DNA of 64,000 nucleotides, taken from NCBI GenBank assembly GCA_963711435.1, contig CAVQEB010000001.1, positions 17,943 to 81,942 of the forward strand, given 5' to 3'. The stretch is from an uncultured Gammaproteobacteria bacterium (GTDB lineage: Bacteria > Pseudomonadota > Gammaproteobacteria > Steroidobacterales > Steroidobacteraceae). This document shows positions 7,420 through 16,195 of the stretch, piece after piece (position 1 is the stretch's first letter; every line of letters starts with the position of its first letter). The position numbers and the translations under genes were made by a program. The notes under the pieces are model-generated. The model did no database searches. It was given only the letters and a program-made list of their open reading frames with translations, and was not told the DNA's origin.

Positions 7420-9114
7420 TCATCCGGGCTGCCTTCCGCCGGAGATGACGACAGGCTCGTCGAGCGCTCGCCGATACTCCTCCTCGCTAATCGCATTCAC
7501 CGAGCGAAGTTTCCCCAACAGATCGTCAATCAGCGAGCGCAGGCCGGGTCCTGGCGTGCCGTGCGCGAATGAACTCTGGTACTTGATCGGCCCTGGGATG
7601 ATCACAACCAGGAAAGCCATCTCGGCCGGCGTCAAGGCTTGGGGTTCGCAACCGAAATAGGTACGCGCTGCGGGCCGCAGGCCACGCAGTTCCGGCCCCC
7701 ATTCGATGATGTTCAGGTAGATCTCGAGGATGCGATCCTTGCGGAGCGCCGACTCGAGCAGGAACGTGATCGCCAGTTCCTCCAGCTTGCGTCCAAGCTT
7801 CTTGTCGCGCGAAAGGAAGAGGTTCTTGGCCAGCTGCTGGGTTATCGTCGACGCGCCGCGCGCTGCGCCCCCGCGCGACCAGTCTGTGAGTAGCGCAGTT
7901 GCTAGTTCGCGCAGATCGATGCCGCGATGACCGTAGAAACCGGCGTCTTCGGCAAGCAGCAGAGCGCGCACGAACAACGGCGGAACGTCGCGCAGGGCGA
8001 TGAAGTCCGCGGATGCAGGCGAGACATCGATCGGTCCGTGCGGGCCGGCGCCTTCATCGGAGCCGAACACGAAATCACCGCGCAGACGCGCTATCGCCGG
8101 CGGCATCCGGCGCGGCGGCGTAAAGTCGATCTTCTGGCTCACCGAGAGCGACGCGGGGTCTGACAGGCGCCCGAGTATCCGCACGTCGATCTTGGCCGAG
8201 CCAAGGTCTTGGCCACCGCCGGGCGCCATTCCCAGGTTATCGGGCGTCCCTAGCCCCGATGTGCTCAGCAATTGCGCGAAGTCCAGCCGCTTTACGCCGA
8301 GTGCGAGATCGACGATCGGATCAGTGTAGAGACCGTGCAGCGCGATCCAACCCGTCAAGTCTGCGCCGCCCACCGTCGCGTGCATCTCGGGAATCTCGAT
8401 CGTACCCCCGGCCCGCTGCCAGGCACCGTCGAATTGTGCGGTCACGTCCGTCGGATCGCCGAACTGCGGTTCGTCCGCGCCGTTATCCGCCAACGCTCCC
8501 AGGCGCGCGCCGCGCGCGCCGATGTCCACGTGGAAACGGAGTGCATCGCTGCTCGCCTGAAGATCCATACGGCCGTCCGCGATACCACCATCGAACAGCG
8601 GGCGGGTCGCGCGCCGTACGCCGAGCAGATGGCCGACATCGAATCCACGTGCCTCGACGTTCCACGCGCTGCCCAGCGGATCCTGTCGCTTGCGGATTGA
8701 CAGGCCGCCCTGTGGTTTCACCAGTGTGAGCTGGAGATCCCCGCCGTGAATTCCGGCGATGTCCCAGACAGTGGGTGGCGAGCTGAGCTGAATCCCTGCT
8801 GGGCCCGCGAGAGCGGCGGCAGAAACTGCAAGTCGCAGACGACCGGGCCACGTCGCCGCGATCATGTCGGCATGCACTCGCAATCCATGACCTAAGTCGA
8901 GATCAAATCCGTCGAGTCGCAACAAGGGCCATATGCCGACTCGCACCTGACCGATTCTGGCAACCATGCCGTGGCGTAAGGCGGCGGACTCGATCCGCGC
9001 ACGCACCGCATGCTCGAGCATGGAGCTCAGCAATAGCGCAGCCAGGCTTACGAGCAGCGCCGCGGCAATCGCTCCGGTCAACCACCGTCGCCCGCGCGTT
9101 TGAAATTTAGGCAT
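7420..9114 (-). CDS. membrane-anchored protein with C-terminal GT51 peptidoglycan glycosyltransferase domain
   Basis: N-terminal TM segment (LTGAIAAALLVSLAALLLSS), ~370 aa unassigned, then GT51 motifs AEDAGFYGHRGID, GASTITQQLAKN, RKLEELAI, KDRILEIYLNIIEWG. Confidence 0.8.
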   Translation of the reverse strand: MPKFQTRGRRWLTGAIAAALLVSLAALLLSSMLEHAVRARIESAALRHGMVARIGQVRVGIWPLLRLDGFDLDLGHGLRVHADMIAATWPGRLRLAVSAAALAGPAGIQLSSPPTVWDIAGIHGGDLQLTLVKPQGGLSIRKRQDPLGSAWNVEARGFDVGHLLGVRRATRPLFDGGIADGRMDLQASSDALRFHVDIGARGARLGALADNGADEPQFGDPTDVTAQFDGAWQRAGGTIEIPEMHATVGGADLTGWIALHGLYTDPIVDLALGVKRLDFAQLLSTSGLGTPDNLGMAPGGGQDLGSAKIDVRILGRLSDPASLSVSQKIDFTPPRRMPPAIARLRGDFVFGSDEGAGPHGPIDVSPASADFIALRDVPPLFVRALLLAEDAGFYGHRGIDLRELATALLTDWSRGGAARGASTITQQLAKNLFLSRDKKLGRKLEELAITFLLESALRKDRILEIYLNIIEWGPELRGLRPAARTYFGCEPQALTPAEMAFLVVIIPGPIKYQSSFAHGTPGPGLRSLIDDLLGKLRSVNAISEEEYRRALDEPVVISGGRQPG

Positions 9115-9254
9115 CGACGCAAGGATGACACATACGGACGGTGCACCAGCCGCGCAGCCAGGCTTTCAGGAATTCAGCACTGGCGATGCGAGAACTAGGC
9201 ATCTAGGCTCATTACATCGATCGACGATGTGCTCGGGAAGGACCTAGAATTGAT

Positions 9255-9289
9255 TGGTGGCTAGGGTGGGACTCGAACCCACGACATCG
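9255..9289 (-). repeat. truncated tRNA(CAU) 3' fragment, copy 3 (acceptor + T-arm only)
   Basis: tggtggctagggtgggactcgaacccacgac...; 30/31 identical to copy 2, then diverges. Confidence 0.7.
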
Positions 9290-9426
9290 AGCAGGCTGGG
9301 TTCCCGGCATGAATTTATAGGGCTACTTGCGCTAGTCCGCCTCCCAAGAGATCTCAATTTATGGGAAACGCGTGCAATACTCGACCCCGACTCGGCCGTG
9401 CCGCAGTTGCACCGGCAGGCCCGTGC

Positions 9427-12018
9427 TCATGGGCTGGTCGACAGCACGAAGGCGGTGACACTGTTGCCGTTCGGAACCACCAACAGGCCGTCGCCCGCGG
9501 CAAGTCCGCTATAGGGCATTTGCGCGAGGAAGGCAGGGCTGGCTGGGATCGCCGCACCGAGCGTAATCGTCCAGACCTGAGCACCGGTCGTTGCGTCCAA
9601 CGCGTAAAGGTTGCCACTGGAGGAGCCCACGAAAACGTAATTATTGACAACGATCGGCGATGTCACGAGATCGCCGTCTCCGGAAAAACTCCAGTTGACT
9701 AGATTGTTGCTGACCGCAATTGACCGGAGCGTCTTGCTCTGCAGCATGTATGCCGTCGTCGCCGTTATGGCGGGGGCCACATCCGCGTTGAATGTGCCAA
9801 GCTGGGCCCCGGTTTCGGCTGCGTAAAGATTTCCGCCGTATGGCGCTGGGGCTATCGGCGAATAGACGGTGCCGTTTGCGACAACGGGGGTAGCGCCACC
9901 GCCACCATCGCAGCCTGTATCCTCGTGCCAGATGGGCAGGCCGGTTGGAAGTGCAAAATCATAGGTGTTGCATGGTTGCGACTCATAAACGCCGTCGACC
10001 GACAGCGTTACGGTCCCGTACCCTCCTGCCACGGTATTTTGCGTCCATAAAACCGTACCGTCACTTTCGCTCAGTGCATATATCGTACTGCCATCACCGG
10101 CGCCCTGCGTGGCGACGATCCCTTGCGCTGCCACTGGCGGATCAACGAACGACCACTGCGGCCCCAGCGACGTGCTCCATAGAACGTTTCCTGTCGCTGG
10201 ATCGAAGGACTGCATCAGTCCGGGGCTGCCGTCAACCGAACTGAGTACAAAAAGGCCGCCGTTGTCGTACGTCGCGTTCGCTCCACCGGCAATTGCGATA
10301 GGACCCCAGAGTGTGGCGCCAGTCGCGGCATCCAGGGCTACCAACTGGCAGTTGCTGCCGACACCCACTGTGAAAAACACCTTGCCTCCGGAGATTACTG
10401 CGTACGAGGGTTGGCCACCGAGGTTGACGGTCCAGGCACTCGTGACGGGCAATGACACCGAATCGAAGCTGATCGCGCCCGCGTGCGTCGTAGTGATCTG
10501 GAAGGATACGGCGTCCTTCGAAGCAGGCCCCACCACAAGCGGAAGGGTGCTGGATGTGCCACCCGCGCCCGCCGGGTTTACTACGGCGACAGGCAGAGTC
10601 CCTGCCGACGCGATCTGCGCCGCGGAAACTTGCGCGGTGAGCAAAGTCGAGCTGACGTAAGTCGTCGGCAGCGAAGTGCCCCCGAGTGTCACCACGGACG
10701 CCGAGATGAAGCCGGAGCCCCCGGTGGTTAGCGTAAAAGCGGGGCCGCCGGTCACGACAGAAGTCGGCGATACGTAGGCGAGAGCGAGATTGGAATTCAC
10801 CTGCACGGTGAAGGGAAGCCCATTGGATGGGGCATCGTCGGAGGTGGGATCCTCAACCGTGACCGTCACGGTGGTTGGGTTCGCTACATCCTGTAACGAA
10901 ACCTGGGCAACGAGCTGCGAGGTAGAGTTCAGGAAAGTTGTCGGCAGCGCGGTCCCATTCCAGTAAACGACTGTCGCGGCCGAAAACTGAGTCCCGTTCA
11001 CAGTCAACGTGAATGCCGCAGAATCGGCAGTGATGGACGACGGGGAAATGGATTGCAGGGCCGGCGGCACTGCGAGCGTTTGCGCCCCGGTCGGCACGTC
11101 GCCGGATGCGATGTCGGCGACAGTAATCGACAATTCGCCTTGGCTGGCAAGATAGGTGCTCGGCAAGGTCGCGGTCAACGTAGTCGCCGAAACATACGTC
11201 GTGGGAATGGCGTTGCCGTCGATATATATAAGCGCCGTATTCGTGAAGTTCGTACCCGTCGCCGTGAGCGTGACGTTTACGCTGCCCGACGGGATGGCAG
11301 TCGGCGTTATGCTCGCTAGCGTCGGTGCAGGCGGCAACGCCAGGACATTGAATGTTTCAGGGTTCGACACGCCGCCCGCCGCGTCGTCATTCATCACGGT
11401 AACAGCGACCGTTGCGACAGCGCCGAGCTCTGTCCCGGCGATCGACGCCGACAGCTGGCTGCTCGAATCGTACGTCGTCGGCTGCGGCTGACCGTTCCAC
11501 AACACCAGGGACTCCGGAGTGAAATTCGAACCGGTGACGACGAGCGTAAAATTGCCGCTACCGACCGGGACGGCTGCAGGTGCAAGAGCGGTCAGCGCCG
11601 GGGATGGACCTTCATTGATCGGGAAGCTCGCCGCCAATGATCCGGGGCCACCCGCGGCCGCGTTGGAAACTGTGATGCTCGCGGTACCAACGGTGACGAT
11701 GTCGGCCGCGGATACCGTTGCGGTGAGCGCAGTCCCAGAAACGTACTGAGTTGGCAGTGCTTGTCCATTCCATTGCACGACCGAACCGGAAACGAAGCCG
11801 GATCCACTCACGGTCAGCACGAGACTCGGTCCACCGGCGAGAGCAGACGCTGGCGTCAGCGAGAAAATCTCTACGGGCGCGGGCCCGGAGTGCGAGCCAC
11901 CGCCACCGCCGCCGCCGCCGCACCCGGCAACGTACAGCAATAGCAGCATCGCTGGGTACACGAGATAACGCGCTATCGAGCGGTGGTTCCTGCCCGTCGA
12001 TTTCATCGTGCTTCGCAT
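9427..12018 (-). CDS. large lipoprotein: 5 tandem IPT/TIG-like repeats + C-terminal PQQ-like beta-propeller
   Basis: Lipobox LLYVAGC followed by G8 linker; five ~90-aa repeats (L..V.G.GF......V.WNG..LPTTYVS...L.A.V); C-terminal repeated LVALDAATGATLWGP / LYALDATTGAQVWT motifs. Confidence 0.8.
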   Translation of the reverse strand: MRSTMKSTGRNHRSIARYLVYPAMLLLLYVAGCGGGGGGGGSHSGPAPVEIFSLTPASALAGGPSLVLTVSGSGFVSGSVVQWNGQALPTQYVSGTALTATVSAADIVTVGTASITVSNAAAGGPGSLAASFPINEGPSPALTALAPAAVPVGSGNFTLVVTGSNFTPESLVLWNGQPQPTTYDSSSQLSASIAGTELGAVATVAVTVMNDDAAGGVSNPETFNVLALPPAPTLASITPTAIPSGSVNVTLTATGTNFTNTALIYIDGNAIPTTYVSATTLTATLPSTYLASQGELSITVADIASGDVPTGAQTLAVPPALQSISPSSITADSAAFTLTVNGTQFSAATVVYWNGTALPTTFLNSTSQLVAQVSLQDVANPTTVTVTVEDPTSDDAPSNGLPFTVQVNSNLALAYVSPTSVVTGGPAFTLTTGGSGFISASVVTLGGTSLPTTYVSSTLLTAQVSAAQIASAGTLPVAVVNPAGAGGTSSTLPLVVGPASKDAVSFQITTTHAGAISFDSVSLPVTSAWTVNLGGQPSYAVISGGKVFFTVGVGSNCQLVALDAATGATLWGPIAIAGGANATYDNGGLFVLSSVDGSPGLMQSFDPATGNVLWSTSLGPQWSFVDPPVAAQGIVATQGAGDGSTIYALSESDGTVLWTQNTVAGGYGTVTLSVDGVYESQPCNTYDFALPTGLPIWHEDTGCDGGGGATPVVANGTVYSPIAPAPYGGNLYAAETGAQLGTFNADVAPAITATTAYMLQSKTLRSIAVSNNLVNWSFSGDGDLVTSPIVVNNYVFVGSSSGNLYALDATTGAQVWTITLGAAIPASPAFLAQMPYSGLAAGDGLLVVPNGNSVTAFVLSTSP
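10519..11883 (-). repeat. five diverged tandem ~270-nt coding repeats (IPT/TIG units, residues ~46-500)
   Basis: Periodicity counted from the translated protein (units of 92, 91, 89, 92, 91 aa). Confidence 0.7.
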
Positions 12019-12349
12019 CGCCTACGCCTTGGCTATACCGCGTGAATGCCGCCTTGTTCGGCGAATTTCTGTTTTGAGAACACTAGCATACGTGGGTTAC
12101 CCGAGACGGGTCAGCGGCCGCAGCACGCGGAGCCGAGCCGCCCAGACTGCGCGTTCTCCATTAATTTCAATCAGCTGCGGGTGAGTCAGTTCACCGCGAG
12201 CAATCAAAGTAATTGAAAAAGGATACACGCCAGATCGCATACTTTCTCGGCAAGGCCTCCGCGAGAAGCCGATACGGCCAAAGCTCTGAGCACCTGCCCA
12301 GGATTACGGCCGATCACGGTGAATAGCGTATTTACCGGCCTTGCTTGAT

Positions 12350-12426
12350 TGGTGGAAAGGGAGGGACTCGAACCCTCGACCCCGGCATTATGAGTGCCGT
12401 GCTCTAACCAGCTGAGCTACCTTTCC
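12350..12426 (-). tRNA. tRNA-Met (anticodon CAT), elongator-like
   Basis: 77 nt: GGAAAGG/CCTTTCC acceptor, GCTC..GAGC D-arm, CGGCA-CTCATAA-TGCCG anticodon arm, GAGGG-TTCGAGT-CCCTC T-arm, encoded CCA; Ile2(lysidine) identity not excluded. Confidence 0.93.
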
Positions 12427-12497
12427 ATCAGCGGGCGCGCATTGTCGTCAGGCCGGCCCGGCGCTGTCAAACTCATGAAACCGGCCGCCTAAACGCT

Positions 12498-13592
12498 TCA
12501 CACATTGAATCTGAAATGCATGACGTCGCCCTCGCGGACGATGTAATCCTTGCCTTCCAGGCGCAGCCGGCCGGCTTCGCGGGCCCCCGCCTCACCCTTG
12601 CCCTGGATGAAATCCTCAAACGCAATGACTTCGGCGCGGATGAAGCCGCGCTCGAAATCCGTATGGATGACGCCCGCGGCTTGCGGCGCGGTGCTGCCAG
12701 CGCGCACGGTCCATGCGCGCACCTCTTTCGGTCCGGCGGTGAAGTAGGTCTGCAGACCCAGGAGTTGATAGGCACCGCGGATCACGCGATTCAGTCCCGG
12801 CTCGGCGAGCCCCAGATCCTTCAGAAACTCGATGCGCTCCGGCTCCTCGAGCTGCGCGATCTCGGCCTCAATAGCGGCGCACACCGGCACGACGATGGCA
12901 TGCTCCTCGTCGGCGCGGCGCCGCAGCGCGAGCAGATAGTCGTTGCCATCGGCGAGTGCCGGCTCATCGACGTTGGCGACATACATCACCGGCTTGGCGG
13001 TCAGCAGTTGCAGCTCGCGCACCTCGCGCCGCTCCTCGTCGGTCAGCCGCAAGGCACGGGCGGGCGTGCCCGCATCGAGCGCGGCGCGCACGCGCTCAAA
13101 CAGCTCGCGCCGCCGGATCGCCTCCTTGTCACCGCTCTTGGCGGCCTTGACCGAGCGGTCCACCGCTTTCTCGATCGCCGTCAGATCGGCCAGCGCCAGT
13201 TCGGTGTTGATGGTGTCGATGTCCGACAGCGGATTGATCTTCCCGGTCACGTGCACGACGTCATCATTGTCAAAGCAGCGCACCACGTGGGCGATGGCGT
13301 CGGTCTCGCGGATGTGCGCCAGAAACTGATTACCGAGCCCTTCACCCTGCGAGGCGCCGGCGACCAGTCCGGCGATATCGACAAACTCAACCGTGGTAGG
13401 CAGGATCTTCTGCGGCTTGGCGATCGCCGCCAGTTGCGCCAGGCGCGGGTCCGGAACCGGGACGACACCGACGTTCGGATCAATCGTGCAAAACGGATAA
13501 TTCTCCGCCGCGACCTGCGCGCGCGTCAGCGCGTTGAACAGCGTCGACTTGCCGACATTCGGCAGGCCGACAATGCCGCATTTAATGGCCAT
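12498..13592 (-). CDS. ychF: redox-regulated ATPase YchF
   Basis: [23 protein letters not shown]..., full-length 364 aa. Confidence 0.97.
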   Translation of the reverse strand: MAIKCGIVGLPNVGKSTLFNALTRAQVAAENYPFCTIDPNVGVVPVPDPRLAQLAAIAKPQKILPTTVEFVDIAGLVAGASQGEGLGNQFLAHIRETDAIAHVVRCFDNDDVVHVTGKINPLSDIDTINTELALADLTAIEKAVDRSVKAAKSGDKEAIRRRELFERVRAALDAGTPARALRLTDEERREVRELQLLTAKPVMYVANVDEPALADGNDYLLALRRRADEEHAIVVPVCAAIEAEIAQLEEPERIEFLKDLGLAEPGLNRVIRGAYQLLGLQTYFTAGPKEVRAWTVRAGSTAPQAAGVIHTDFERGFIRAEVIAFEDFIQGKGEAGAREAGRLRLEGKDYIVREGDVMHFRFNV

Positions 13593-13612
13593 GACTTAAT
13601 CTCATGGGCCGC

Positions 13613-14212
13613 TCATGCCGGCAGATCCGGTTCGTCGCGCCGGTGCAGCTGATTCATGACCTTCTGCGCGCCCGAGCGCAGCAGCTCCGGCACCAGCTGG
13701 AGCGACCGCTGCAGCGCCGCGTCAATGAGCGCCTGATCTGCGGAGCTGGCGCGCTTCAGCACGTAATCAATGACCTCGTCCTTGTTGCCCGGGTGCCCCA
13801 CGCCTAAGCGCAGGCGCCAGAACTGCGCGCCAATATTCGCGATCACATCGCGCAGGCCATTGTGGCCGCCGTGGCCCCCGTCGTGCTTGAGCCGGGCGAC
13901 GCCGGCCGGCAGATCGATCTCATCGTGCACGATCAGCAGCGCATCCGGCGTAAACTGGTAAAAGCGCGCTGCGGCACCGACCGCGGCACCGCTCCCATTC
14001 ATCATGGTCAGCGGCTTGAGCAACCACACTTCCTGCCCGGCAATGTCCGCCCGGGCCAGCGCGCTCTGAAATCGCGTCTCGCGCTTCCATGTGGCCTTGG
14101 CGCCCGCAGCCAATTCATCCACGAACCAGAAGCCGGCGTTGTGGCGCGTGCGCGCGTACTCGGCACCGGGGTTGCCGAGTCCGACGATGAGTCTGATCTG
14201 CGGTTCTGCCAC
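13613..14212 (-). CDS. pth: peptidyl-tRNA hydrolase
   Basis: LIVGLGNPGAEYARTRHNAGFWFVD; GTG start. Confidence 0.95.
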   Translation of the reverse strand: MAEPQIRLIVGLGNPGAEYARTRHNAGFWFVDELAAGAKATWKRETRFQSALARADIAGQEVWLLKPLTMMNGSGAAVGAAARFYQFTPDALLIVHDEIDLPAGVARLKHDGGHGGHNGLRDVIANIGAQFWRLRLGVGHPGNKDEVIDYVLKRASSADQALIDAALQRSLQLVPELLRSGAQKVMNQLHRRDEPDLPA

Positions 14213-14246
14213 CTAGGTTGTCCAGGCCAGCGCGCTTGAAAAGCAC

Positions 14247-14268
14247 GGGCCGCCTGAGGGGGCGGCCC
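14247..14268 (-). terminator. candidate intrinsic terminator after rplY
   Basis: GGGCCGCC-N6-GGCGGCCC perfect 8-bp stem, followed on the minus strand by GTGCTTTTCAAG. Confidence 0.5.
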
Positions 14269-14294
14269 GTCCCCGACACGCAGCGGTGCTGCGC

Positions 14295-15071
14295 CTACTT
14301 CTTGCCGCCTTCTTTCTTGGGAGCCGCTTCCTTCTTCGGTGCAGCTTCCTTTTCCTTGCCCTTCGGCGCGGCTTCCTTCTTGCCTTCTTCCTTCTTGGCC
14401 TCGCCGGCCACCGGCGCGGCCCCTTCGGCCGGCACTGCCGCGGCCTCACCCTCGGCCGGTGTCGCAGCCACTTCGGCAGTCGGCTCCGGCTCCGCGGCAC
14501 GCGGGCTGTGCACGGACACGACCGGCGGGTTATGGCCGTGAGCCAGACCCGACAGCTTGACCCCCGACGGCACCTTGATGTCGGCCAAAAACAGCGTGTC
14601 GTTCAGGTTCATGCCCGAGAGGTCGAGTTCGAGGAACTCCGGCAGATCGTTCGGCAGGCAGGTGATCTCGGCATCGGCCATCATGTGCGAGACCACGCCG
14701 CCCTGAGTCTTGACGCCCGGGGCTGCCGCCTCGCCCTTGAAGTGAATGGGCAGGTGCAGGCGGATCTTCTCGCTCTCGACCACGCGCTGCAGATCCAGAT
14801 GCACGACGGCGTTGCGGGCCGGGTGCATCTGCACGTCGCGGACAATCGCCGCCTGTTTCTCAGCGCCGACGACGATGCTGATGATTGATGAGAAGAACCG
14901 CTCATCCCCGACCAGTCCGAGAATCTTGCGGTGATCCAGGGCGAGCGATCGTGGCTCACCCTTGGCGCCATAGAGAATCGCGGGAACCTTACCGGCATGA
15001 CGCAGGCGGCGGCTCGCACCCTTGCCCTGATCATCCCGTGGCTCCGCGTTGAGTTCAAAACCAATACGCAT
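14295..15071 (-). CDS. rplY: 50S ribosomal protein L25/Ctc with Ala/Lys/Glu/Pro-rich C-terminal extension
   Basis: MRIGFELNAEPRDDQGKGASRRLR..., ATG 15071 with GGAG upstream (track ORF trimmed). Confidence 0.93.
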   Translation of the reverse strand: MRIGFELNAEPRDDQGKGASRRLRHAGKVPAILYGAKGEPRSLALDHRKILGLVGDERFFSSIISIVVGAEKQAAIVRDVQMHPARNAVVHLDLQRVVESEKIRLHLPIHFKGEAAAPGVKTQGGVVSHMMADAEITCLPNDLPEFLELDLSGMNLNDTLFLADIKVPSGVKLSGLAHGHNPPVVSVHSPRAAEPEPTAEVAATPAEGEAAAVPAEGAAPVAGEAKKEEGKKEAAPKGKEKEAAPKKEAAPKKEGGKK

Positions 15072-15143
15072 AGACCTTGCTCCTAACAGACTATTAACAA
15101 AGGCCCGCACCGCGACCAGTGCCGGCCCACCTAAAAAACTGGC

Positions 15144-16097
15144 TCAGTCGATATACAGCGAGCTGACCGACTCCTCGTCGCGGATGCGGCGGATGGTCTC
15201 GGCCAGCAGCGCCGCGACCGACAGCTGGCGGATGCGCCCGCACTTCTTGGCCGCTTCGGACAAGGGAATGGTGTCGGTCACCACCAGCTCATCGAGCGCC
15301 GACTTGCTGATGCGCTCGACCGCCGTGCCCGACAGCACGGCGTGCGTAATGTACGCGACCACCTTGACGGCCCCTTCGTCCTTGAGGGCCTGCGCGGCCT
15401 GGCACAGCGTGCCGGCGGTATCGACCATGTCATCGATCAGCACGCAGCTGCGCCCTTTGGTGTCGCCGATGATGTTCATCACCTTGGATTCATTGGCGCG
15501 CGGGCGGCGCTTATCGATGATCGCGAGCTCCGCATCGTCGAGCTGCTTGGCGAGCGCGCGGGCGCGCACCACGCCGCCGACGTCGGGTGAGACCACGATC
15601 AGATTCGGATAGCGCTGGCGCCAGACATCGCCGAGCAGCACCGGGGAACCATACACGTTGTCCACCGGCATATTGAAGAATCCCTGGATCTGCTCGGAGT
15701 GCAGATCCACGGTGAGCAGGCGGTTGACGCCGGCGGTGCTGATGAGGTCGGCCACGAGCTTGGCGGTAATGGCCGAGCGCGTTGCGCGCGGCCGCCGATC
15801 CTGCCGCGCGTAGCCAAAATACGGCACTACCGCCGTGACCCGTGCCGCCGAGGCGCGGCGGCAGGCATCGGCCATCACCAGCAGCTCCATCAGATGATCG
15901 TTGGCCGGCGGGCTGGTCGGTTGCACAATGAATACGTCCCGGCCGCGGACGTTTTCCATGATCTCGACATTCACTTCGCCGTCGCTGAAGCGGCCCACGG
16001 CGGCGCGGCCCACGGGCACCATCAGGTGCCGGGCAATATCATGGGCAAGCGTCGGATTCGCATTACCCGAAAACAGCGCCATCGACTGGGTATCCAC
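15144..16097 (-). CDS. prs: ribose-phosphate pyrophosphokinase
   Basis: [43 protein letters not shown]; GTG 16097, alternative ATG 16082. Confidence 0.96.
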   Translation of the reverse strand: MDTQSMALFSGNANPTLAHDIARHLMVPVGRAAVGRFSDGEVNVEIMENVRGRDVFIVQPTSPPANDHLMELLVMADACRRASAARVTAVVPYFGYARQDRRPRATRSAITAKLVADLISTAGVNRLLTVDLHSEQIQGFFNMPVDNVYGSPVLLGDVWRQRYPNLIVVSPDVGGVVRARALAKQLDDAELAIIDKRRPRANESKVMNIIGDTKGRSCVLIDDMVDTAGTLCQAAQALKDEGAVKVVAYITHAVLSGTAVERISKSALDELVVTDTIPLSEAAKKCGRIRQLSVAALLAETIRRIRDEESVSSLYID

Positions 16098-16117
16098 GAT
16101 CTACCTCATCAGAACAC

Positions 16118-16192
16118 TGGCTGGGGTGGAAGGATTCGAACCTCCGAATGGCGGGATCAAAACCCGCTGCCTTACCACTTGGCGACACCCCA
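16118..16192 (-). tRNA. tRNA-Gln (anticodon TTG)
   Basis: 75 nt: TGGGGTG/CACCCCA acceptor, GCGGG-TTTTGAT-CCCGC anticodon arm, TTCGAAT T-loop, encoded CCA; 3 nt from the ispE stop. Confidence 0.93.
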
Positions 16193-16195
16193 AAT

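Larger units (their letters stand above)
789..12349. mobile_element. putative decayed tandem genomic islands inserted at the 3' end of tRNA-Met (no integrase seen)
   Basis: Bounded by intact tRNA-Met and three co-oriented tRNA 3'-half copies; accessory cargo (ars, chr, envelope, adhesin-like); AT-richer spacers by eye; conserved housekeeping synteny starts immediately right of the tRNA. Confidence 0.4.

Noticed and set aside
12516-13652. 378-aa plus-strand ORF
   Set aside because: Exact antisense of the well-conserved ychF. The translation is Arg/Ala/Gly/Leu-rich with no motifs, a typical open antisense frame in high-GC DNA.
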